Assembly (NCBI GenBank): GCA_017414435.1
Contig: JAFQMN010000004.1
Location: forward strand, 10,375-74,374
Length of the DNA stretch: 64,000 bases
Direction: 5' to 3'
DNA from: Oscillospiraceae bacterium
GTDB taxonomy: Bacteria > Bacillota > Clostridia > Oscillospirales > Ruminococcaceae
Below, piece by piece: positions 7,314-14,700 of this stretch (its first letter is position 1; each line of letters starts with the position of its first letter). Both the position numbers and the translations under genes were made by a program. The notes below the pieces were generated by a model. That model had not been told where the DNA came from. It saw only the letters and a program-made list of their open reading frames with translations, and ran no database searches.

Positions 7314-8639
7314 TTAAACAATAACTTTCTTTTTCCTACGGTCGTATTCAAATTTCAAAACATCAAACAGATTGTATTTTAACGTAGGGCAAGTTTTCAA
7401 AGTAACACAAGTGCCCATACACAATGGTAAAATATTGCAGTCAGCACATTCTTTATCTTTAAGTGGGGTATATAAAATATTTTTTAAATAATACGAATTA
7501 TCAATTGATTGATCTTTTTCCTTTTCTTTTTTTATCAGTTCAAAGATATTCCCAATTTCTTTCCCGGGTTTTCCAGCGTCTGTCCAACAGCCAAAAAGAT
7601 TTCCATCTGGCCCTATCATATAAGCATGCTCAGATGTTGCTACACAATGTTGAATAATTTGAGGTAAAGGATAAATGGTTGCTTTAAAACCGAGTTTTAA
7701 AATGTCTACAATATACTCTAGTTCTTTTTTAGAAAATTCTTTGACATCTAAAAAAAGATCAAATTGTTTTGAACATTCACTTGCATAGTTTCTTATTGGA
7801 GCGATCGATACTAAACAATCATTTAAATTTTCTTTTGCAAAAATTTCTAACAGTTCTTTCACTCTTGTTTCATTTTCTTTAGTTGCATGAACACGCATGG
7901 CTACTTTTATACCGCCTGCTTTGAGCATTTTTAAATTGTTAAGAAGGGTATCAAACGTCCCTTTTGATGAATTTTTTAGCTTCCTGGACTTATTATGTAA
8001 ATCAGGTGGCCCATCAAAGCATATTTGTACACCCTCAATTCTGCTTTCTTTCATTTTATTTACTGTACTTTCATCTATAAGGTAGCCATTCGTTATCATA
8101 TATGCTAAAGATTTTGTTTTATATTTATCACAAATATCGTTGATTTTTTTAGATAAACTCCAAATGCTATTTTTTACTAATAAAGGTTCTCCCCCATACC
8201 ATGTAATTCGAATTTTTTTGCCTTTTTTTGCATAATTTTCGCATAGCTCAGCTATAGCATCTTCTACCTCCGTTGTCATCATCAAATTAGTCTTTCTGTT
8301 ATCATAGTTTCCCTCATAACAATAAGGGCAAGCAAAATTACAAGAGTAGGTGGGCATTATAGTTAATTTTAAGTATTCACTATCATATTTACTTTTCTGA
8401 TACATAAATTCTATATAATCCAATTCATTAAAATCGTCGTTAATTATATAACCACTTTTTTCCATGGCTTCTAGTCTTTTTTTATTATCTTCTTCTAATT
8501 CAGACTCTTTTATTGTATCTATTTTATTGTATAAATTCATAAATTTACCATCTGCAACGGCAAACACACTAGTTAAGCTGTTAAAGATTAATTTGTGACC
8601 ATCATGTTCAAAAAATATATTGTACCTAGAATGTTTCAA
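7314..8639 (-). CDS. Radical SAM / SPASM-domain peptide maturase
   Basis: CNFACPYC (CX3CX2C) at about residue 100, GGEPLL, and a complete C-terminal SPASM signature: CVATSEHAYMIGPDGNLFGC (CX13GX4C) followed by CADCNILPLCMGTC (CX2CX5CX3C). The roughly 95-aa N-terminal extension before the cluster motif resembles a peptide-recognition (RRE-like) domain. TTG start with AAGGAGTG 7 nt upstream. Confidence 0.85.
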   Translation of the reverse strand: MKHSRYNIFFEHDGHKLIFNSLTSVFAVADGKFMNLYNKIDTIKESELEEDNKKRLEAMEKSGYIINDDFNELDYIEFMYQKSKYDSEYLKLTIMPTYSCNFACPYCYEGNYDNRKTNLMMTTEVEDAIAELCENYAKKGKKIRITWYGGEPLLVKNSIWSLSKKINDICDKYKTKSLAYMITNGYLIDESTVNKMKESRIEGVQICFDGPPDLHNKSRKLKNSSKGTFDTLLNNLKMLKAGGIKVAMRVHATKENETRVKELLEIFAKENLNDCLVSIAPIRNYASECSKQFDLFLDVKEFSKKELEYIVDILKLGFKATIYPLPQIIQHCVATSEHAYMIGPDGNLFGCWTDAGKPGKEIGNIFELIKKEKEKDQSIDNSYYLKNILYTPLKDKECADCNILPLCMGTCVTLKTCPTLKYNLFDVLKFEYDRRKKKVIV

Positions 8640-8705
8640 TTATATTCACTCCTTTTTTAATTTTTATTTATAATTACAAAGCAAAATTTGCATAAAACAA
8701 TATCT

Positions 8706-8957
8706 TCATTCAAGCTGGTTATTTAAAATTAAATTGATAAAATTTTTAATAACTAAATTATCTTTAATGTTTTGTTCAACTATTTTTGAATTAAACTCTT
8801 TTTCTACATCGTGAACAAGTACAAAAATCTCAAAAGATGAAAAACATAGATCGTCAACAATATTACTATCTAAAGATATTTTTTCTGTTATATCAGGTTT
8901 TATATTTAAAATTATATTCTTCAATTTATTAAAAATAGCTATATTATCTTTTTTCAA
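8706..8957 (-). CDS. Acyl/peptidyl carrier protein-like (83 aa)
   Basis: Size and helix pattern fit an ACP. DDLCFSSFEIFVLVHDVEKEF aligns with the D-S-L/xxVEL phosphopantetheine-site region; the candidate Ser is in FSS. TTG start with a strong SD GGAGGGA 6 nt upstream, and a 4-nt TTGA overlap with the ligase stop. Confidence 0.6.
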   Translation of the reverse strand: MKKDNIAIFNKLKNIILNIKPDITEKISLDSNIVDDLCFSSFEIFVLVHDVEKEFNSKIVEQNIKDNLVIKNFINLILNNQLE

Positions 8958-10375
8958 ATTACATCCCTCCTTTTAATTTTATTTGTATAAGTTTTTTCAA
9001 AAGGTTGATCGGTTAACTCAAATTTATTTACTCGTTTATAAATAGGAAGCGTTGAATTTATTTGTTCAACTATATTACAGATTGCATCATATATTTCTCT
9101 ATGCTTTAAAAAAGCGTTAGAAAATATTTTTGCATATATTTGATTTTTTTGCTTGTATACTATAATTTCATCAATTTCGGGATATTGTAAAAATTTATTT
9201 TCAAGTTCTTCTGGGCATACTTTTTTACCATTATCGAAAATCATTAAATTTTTGATTCTACCAGTAACAAACAAAAATCCATCTTTTATAAAACCAATAT
9301 CACCTGTATGAAACCATCCATCTATTATTACTTTGTCCGTTAACTGTTGGTTGTTATAATAGCCAACCGTAACATTACTTCCTTTGATTAAGATTTCTTG
9401 ATTTTTTTCTGCAATTTTAACCTCATTACATGGTACTATTAAACCTGCTGCATTATCTCTTCCATTTATTAATGGGTTAATAGCAACACCGGGAGAACAT
9501 TCGGTTATACCATAACAACTAGACAAGCCAATACCTAATTTCCTATAACTTTTAATTATAGTTTCTCCTATCTGAGCCCCACCGCACAATATTTTGCTTA
9601 AACAATTTCCTACCGTCTCTTGCAAACCATATTTGGAGATTTTCAGTAGTAAAAATTTAGCAATTTCGGGCACAAGGAGCAAAAAAGTAGGATTTACAAT
9701 TTTTAAATCATCAAAAAATGTTTTTGTATTACTAAAAACAATTTTATTGCCATTAATAATAGAGGCAAGTAATACACAAGTTAAACCGAATAAATGATAA
9801 AATGGTAGAATATTTAAAATTACATCTTTCATTTCATACTTATAAACACTACAACCAGCATATACATTGCAACATAAATTTTTATTAGATAACATAACAC
9901 CTTTTGAAACGTCTGTAGTTCCAGAAGTAAATGCAATTGTACATATCTCATCTTCTGAGGTGTCAGGTAAAATGTTATCCAATTGGTGCGCGGTGTTAAT
10001 TTCTATTTCATCAAAATTTATAACTGATATGTTGTTTATTTTTAAATTTAAAAGAGCTATATCAGTGATTATGGTTTTTATTTCATACTTCGAACATAAT
10101 ATCTTTAATTCTTCTGAACTTAAATTAGGTTCTGCCAGCACAGCTATTCCGCCAGAAACTACAATACCAAAATATGCAACAGCCCATATATAAGAAGTTG
10201 TAGCTAGAATCAAATTGTTATTTTTTTTAATTTGCTTACCAAACTTATTAGCAAAGTAAGCAACATCTAGAAAGAACTGCTTGTAGGTTATTTGTATACC
10301 ATTAGCTTCGAATAAAACATTATTGGAATATTTATAACAATACGTTGATAATAGTTGGCTTAAAGTCTTTATCAA
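8954..10375 (-). CDS. AMP-dependent acyl ligase (FadD / fatty-acyl-AMP ligase-like adenylate-forming enzyme)
   Basis: Adenylation core motifs are present: FTSGTTDVSKGVMLS (A3), YGITECS (A5), GWFHTGDIG (A7), GRIKNLMIFDNGKKVCPEELE (A8), and a C-terminal NKIKRR Lys. TTG start with GAAGGTG upstream. Confidence 0.8.
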   Translation of the reverse strand: MIKTLSQLLSTYCYKYSNNVLFEANGIQITYKQFFLDVAYFANKFGKQIKKNNNLILATTSYIWAVAYFGIVVSGGIAVLAEPNLSSEELKILCSKYEIKTIITDIALLNLKINNISVINFDEIEINTAHQLDNILPDTSEDEICTIAFTSGTTDVSKGVMLSNKNLCCNVYAGCSVYKYEMKDVILNILPFYHLFGLTCVLLASIINGNKIVFSNTKTFFDDLKIVNPTFLLLVPEIAKFLLLKISKYGLQETVGNCLSKILCGGAQIGETIIKSYRKLGIGLSSCYGITECSPGVAINPLINGRDNAAGLIVPCNEVKIAEKNQEILIKGSNVTVGYYNNQQLTDKVIIDGWFHTGDIGFIKDGFLFVTGRIKNLMIFDNGKKVCPEELENKFLQYPEIDEIIVYKQKNQIYAKIFSNAFLKHREIYDAICNIVEQINSTLPIYKRVNKFELTDQPFEKTYTNKIKRRDVI

Positions 10376-10412
10376 GATATCACCTTCATGTGGTAATACA
10401 ATTTTTTTATAG

Positions 10413-10985
10413 TTAATCTAGTGAAATATATTTTTTAAACTTATCAAAAAGATTATAAAATTCATCTTTAAACATAGCAATAAGATATTCATCGTGATAT
10501 TCACCTTGAACAAATGCATGTCTTTTTCTTATTCCTTCAATTTTAAACCCAGCTGAAGTTATATTATCCAAGCTGTTTTTATTAAAATCCAAAACAGACG
10601 ACACTACTTTTTTTACAGGGAAATATTGAAACATATAATCAAGAAAAATCAACCAAGCTTCTGTATTTATAGGTGATTTTCTGTATCCAGGTTTTATATA
10701 AGTGCCAGCAAAAAAATTTCCATTTTCTAGGTCTATAAAAGCATACCCTACATATCCAACTAATTGTTCCCCTTTTTTATCTATAATGAAAAAATAATTA
10801 TCGTATTCATTATTATCGTTTAAATTTTCGATTTTATTTTTAAACTTGGCACATGAGTAAATTTTTTTATGATCACTGTTCCATTTGTTTAATTCATTAA
10901 GATTATTTTCCCATTCATAAAAATCGCTCAAATATTTATCTTCATAGGTAGAAAGATAAATATGCTTACTTTCAAGCACTTTCAT
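10413..10985 (-). CDS. GNAT-family N-acyltransferase (RimJ/RimL-like)
   Basis: Acetyltransferase-fold pattern (...LVGYVGYAFID..., GYRKSPINTEAW, FNKNSLDNITSAGFKIEGIRKRHAFVQGEYHDEYLIAM). I place the start at ATG 10985 (MKVLESK...) because AAGGAGGA sits 5-6 nt upstream; the longer track ORF start (11045) has no SD. Confidence 0.7.
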   Translation of the reverse strand: MKVLESKHIYLSTYEDKYLSDFYEWENNLNELNKWNSDHKKIYSCAKFKNKIENLNDNNEYDNYFFIIDKKGEQLVGYVGYAFIDLENGNFFAGTYIKPGYRKSPINTEAWLIFLDYMFQYFPVKKVVSSVLDFNKNSLDNITSAGFKIEGIRKRHAFVQGEYHDEYLIAMFKDEFYNLFDKFKKYISLD

Positions 10986-11073
10986 CGCCATCCTCCTTAT
11001 TTTAATCATACCAGTTATACCAGATTGTGCTGCATTCCCAAACACATATCACGATATTAAAGTTTTTTATTTT

Positions 11074-11101
11074 AGTATAAACCCCACAATAAAATTCACA
11101 A
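11074..11101 (-). promoter_or_regulatory. Candidate sigma-A promoter of the GNAT-ligase-ACP-rSAM-peptide operon
   Basis: On the minus strand: TTGTGA (11101-11096), a 16-nt spacer, then TATACT (11079-11074), about 90 nt upstream of the GNAT ATG. Sequence match only. Confidence 0.3.
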
Positions 11102-11103
11102 TA

Positions 11104-11134
11104 CCCCCCCCCATTTTTGTCGAATTTTGTCGAT
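11104..11134. repeat. C9/G9 homopolymer followed by two tandem decamers (TTTTGTCGA at a 10-bp period)
   Basis: Nine consecutive C at 11104-11112. TTTTGTCGA occurs at 11115-11123 and again at 11125-11133. Both lie immediately upstream of the candidate -35. Confidence 0.9.
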
Positions 11135-11282
11135 AAATTTATAATATTTCTTTTTTAACAAAAAATTATTCACTAATCGTAAATGTTTATTTTTGCATTA
11201 TAGTACATGTGTTTTTGTATTTTTGGATTGTAATACCTAAATTGCTTTAATACAAAAATTCGGATTTTATGTAAATTAAGTA

Positions 11283-11709
11283 AACATCCCCCGGCATAGC
11301 CGGGGGATGTTACTATTACGTCTAAAAGGCTATTTCTTAACAACATCTCAAGGTGTATTACCATTCCAATGCGTGCGTTTTTTATCTTACTTTCTACACT
11401 TAAATGGTTTTTTTATATTCTTTTATTGGGGTTTGGCTGTGCATAACTATTCTCTGTGCAAAAAACTGCTTTGTTCAAATTTATATCCTAGATTAAACCA
11501 TTCCAATCACATAACTCCCTTAGTATTTTTCCTATCTTTAATCTTTTTCGTTGTAAAACATTTTTCTTCTCCTATGTTTCGTGGTGTATACTCTATATGG
11601 TACTTACAATTCCATTCTGTATGTAATAAACTGTTAACGTTATTAAAATTACCGCTACTATTTTGTCATATAGTTTAAGTCTTTGTTACTACCGGCACTG
11701 CCGGTAGTA
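11283..11709 (-). mobile_element. Decayed IS200/IS605-family element (relic) bounded by two GC-rich subterminal hairpins
   Basis: Perfect hairpins AACATCCCCCGGC-ATA-GCCGGGGGATGTT (11283-11311) and TACTACCGGC-ACT-GCCGGTAGTA (11687-11709) bracket a frameshifted tnpA(Y1)-like remnant. Both hairpins share a CCGGC-N3-GCCGG core. Confidence 0.5.
11310..11640 (-). pseudogene. IS200-type tnpA (Y1/HUH transposase) pseudogene with frameshifts and stops
   Basis: Minus-strand translation from about 11627 gives LHTEWNCKYHIEYTP. After a frameshift it gives KHRRRKMFYNEK, and after another RLKIGKILRELCDWNGL. This tracks the conserved IS200 TnpA N-terminus (AHTxWxCKYHIVFxPKYRRxxxY....LGxILRxLCxWKxV) as I remember it. 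There is no intact start, the later part is barely recognisable, and several stops occur. Confidence 0.55.
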
Positions 11710-11719
11710 TTTTAAATAA

Positions 11720-11757
11720 AAAACCACCTAGGTTGAATTTTAACCCAGGTGGTTTTA
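11720..11757 (-). terminator. Rho-independent terminator of the large surface-protein gene
   Basis: Minus strand reads AAAACCACCTGGG-loop-CCTAGGTGGTTTT followed by a T-run. It starts about 28 nt after the stop at 11786. Confidence 0.7.
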
Positions 11758-11785
11758 ATATTTACAGCCTCATTTCTTCGTAGTT

Positions 11786-14700
11786 CTATTTTGCTACTTT
11801 CGATTTGCCCATTTTCTTTAAGGTAGCAGCTTTTGCTGTAATTTTTAAAATACCATTTGCATCAGTTTTTGCCTTGCCTAATTTTACAACTGCGCCTTTA
11901 GAATCTAAGCCCCAAACTGTAATGCTTTTCTTTTTCATTTCTGTTTCTAAGTAAATTGTTGTAGTGCAGCCCAAAGTGCCAAGATCGCCAGTATCTAAAA
12001 CAATATTCGTCTTTGCATCTTTTTTATACTTTGTTGCATCTTGCTTTTCAACCTGCAATAACAATTTGCCGGTAGCTGTAGCTGTTGATGCCTGAATATC
12101 TGCACTGTTAATTAAAAGTGTAGAATCTTCATCGTTAACAACCAGCCTGACTGTGCCTTTAGTTTTTGCTTTTAAGTCCGCTAAAGTCATTTCAAAACCG
12201 CTGTTATTTAATATCTCATACTTCCCTTTTGTCTTTTCAACAACCAATGGGCTTTCTTCAATCACATATGCATATTTTGTATCGTCAATGCTAAACGTTA
12301 CAACACCATCATCCATTGTGTATACGCCCATATTTTTTACTAACTTTCCAGTTGACCTGTTGATTTTATATACCGAACATGGCAAATCAATCTTTAACTT
12401 TTTAGAGATCAAATCAGCTGCGCCATAAACATCCACTGTAAACGGTAACTTCTTTTGTACTTTACCAAAAGTTATAATCTGAATATCTTCACCGTTACCA
12501 AAAAGTTTTTTGTTTTTATTTATAGCTTTGGTTAAAAGAGCACTTTTTTCTACCATATCGGTATCTAAATTTATCTTTCCGTTTTTCTTTTCCCAAGCTT
12601 GCAACCAAGCATACACTTTTTTTGCTTCAGCAGCAGACATCGTGCCAGTTTCTTTAGAGCCAGCTGCTTTTCTTAAATTTTCTTTGTTAATTTCAAAACC
12701 AGATTCTCCACTTTCTCCTGCACTGTTAGAGCTTGTGGTAAACAAACTTTTAGAACTGTTAGTTTTGCTAGCTGCAGTGGTTGTTGCGGTTGTAGCCCAG
12801 GACACTTCATCCATTGGAATCTTTTCGCCGCTAATAATTTCTATTCCATCAACTATATTCGAGTTGAAAGCTCTTCTAAGAGATTCTGCACTTTCAAAAA
12901 TACCGCCGTTGCCTGTTAAGCTAAAGTCACCAGAGGTAGATCTTATTGTTCTGCCGTTAATTGTAATCGTTGTTGTATCTGTAGGTGCTGCTGTTGTGGT
13001 TGTAGAACCACCCGAAGACGAACCACTTGATGATGAACCGCCTCCACCGCCAGAGCTGCCGCCAGAGCTACCGCCTGAGCTTGATGACGAACTGCTTGAC
13101 GAAGACGATGATGATGTAGTAGTGGTGGTTGTTGTAGTTGTTGTAGCTGTTGGTACATATGCTGCCGGTTCAGCCACGGTAAATGTAAGCGAATTTGTTC
13201 TACCACTAAAGTCTGTTAATTTAAATGTATATGTTCCAGCTACTGTAGTTGTATATTTACAGTGGTTAACATATGGGGCATCTGCAGGATTTTTACTCAA
13301 ATTATTAGTAACACTTAAAGCATCACTGCTTGCCGGGTGTGTAAGCGCAATTGTTTTAACTGCTGCAACCCCTGCATCATTAAAATCAAATGCAAGCGTT
13401 ACACCGCCGCTCACACTACCTGTAACAGAAACTGAAGAGCTACCATTAGCTACTTCCACTGCATCAGCTGTGCCTAATTTATATGTAATGTTTTCAAACT
13501 CCGGTTCAACTGCATCGTAATAAAACGGTGCTATACCAACAATAGCCTCACTGCTATTACGTAATACTAATGTGTAAAAGCCTGCTGGCGTAGTTCCCCA
13601 AGTTATATCAAAGTACTTTGTAGTTTCACCATTTTGTTTATCCACTCTTAATTGTGCCAACACATCAACATCGGTTTCATCTTCTGTGGTTTCTGTTGCA
13701 CTCTTCGGTTTTGCAAAGTTTGCATTTTGGCTATCTTTAACTGTAATTGCACTACCAGCTGCAATCACAGTCCTTCCTGTTAAAGAATTTATTATATAAC
13801 TGTTAGCTGCACTATAATTAGAATCAGAAGCAGAAGCTACATCTTTAAAGTAAACTGGCAAATATTCTGTTACTACAGTACTACCATCTACTTGCGTTCC
13901 AACATACCCTGAACATGGAGCTGTGGTTGATAGCAAATCAGTTAAAAGTGCTGCTAATTTCCCATTTGTTCCCAAAGTTGCAGGGCCAGCATAGTCTAAA
14001 CCTGCCACTGTATAGCTGTTTCCTGTGGAATTTAAAAACACACTTTCACCAGCGGTTGCTCCACGCCATAATTTTGGTCCATTTCCAACCTGATTATATT
14101 TTACCATAAACACGGTTGGGTTGCCCCCAGACTGCGTAGCGTCAACATTTGCCAACAATGTAATTGGAGTTGTTTCTATAAAAATATCAACATCAGATTT
14201 GCTTGCTGCTGTACTTTTTGCTAAAACCGTACTATCTCCAACACCTGCTGTTCCGTTCGTGTAAGCCTGATTGCCTTTCTCTGTTGCATAGTTATCTGCA
14301 GCAAATGTAAAGCCACTTGTATTAAAGTTTGCGTTATCGCCAAGGTTAGCAACTGCACCACCAATTGCAGCATGGCAACCTGTTATTGTAACGCTGCTAC
14401 CATTTAAAACTCCTTTGTTAAGTATAGCACCGCCTTGCTCTGCACTACAACCGCTAATTTCACTACTGCTAATGAGCATTCTGCCTTTGTTGTAGATTGC
14501 ACCACCATACACGGCTTTATTATTTTTCAAATCTGTATCCTGTATAGTACAGCTACCATCAGTATCAACTAAAATTAACGAACTGCAATCTGCTACATTG
14601 CCACCATTTATTATTATTTTATTAGTTTCATTGCCATTAAAAAGTAAAATTGTTCCACTCTCTACAAAGAATAAGCAACCTTTGTAATCCGAGCCTCTAG

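Noticed and set aside
11173-11678. Track ORFs 11307..11678 (plus strand, 123 aa) and 11173..11364 (minus strand, 63 aa), considered as possible genes in the islet.
   Set aside because: Both lie on the IS200-type relic. They lack an SD, have hydrophobic, low-complexity translations with no motifs, and the minus-strand reading is explained by a frameshifted tnpA remnant.
12510-13520. A 336-aa plus-strand ORF (and an 87-aa minus-strand ORF at 12943..13206) rich in V/P/E/L/D repeats.
   Set aside because: It is an antisense or alternate-frame shadow of the T/S/G low-complexity tract inside the 1136-aa surface-protein gene. It has no start context and is fully embedded in a much better-supported CDS.
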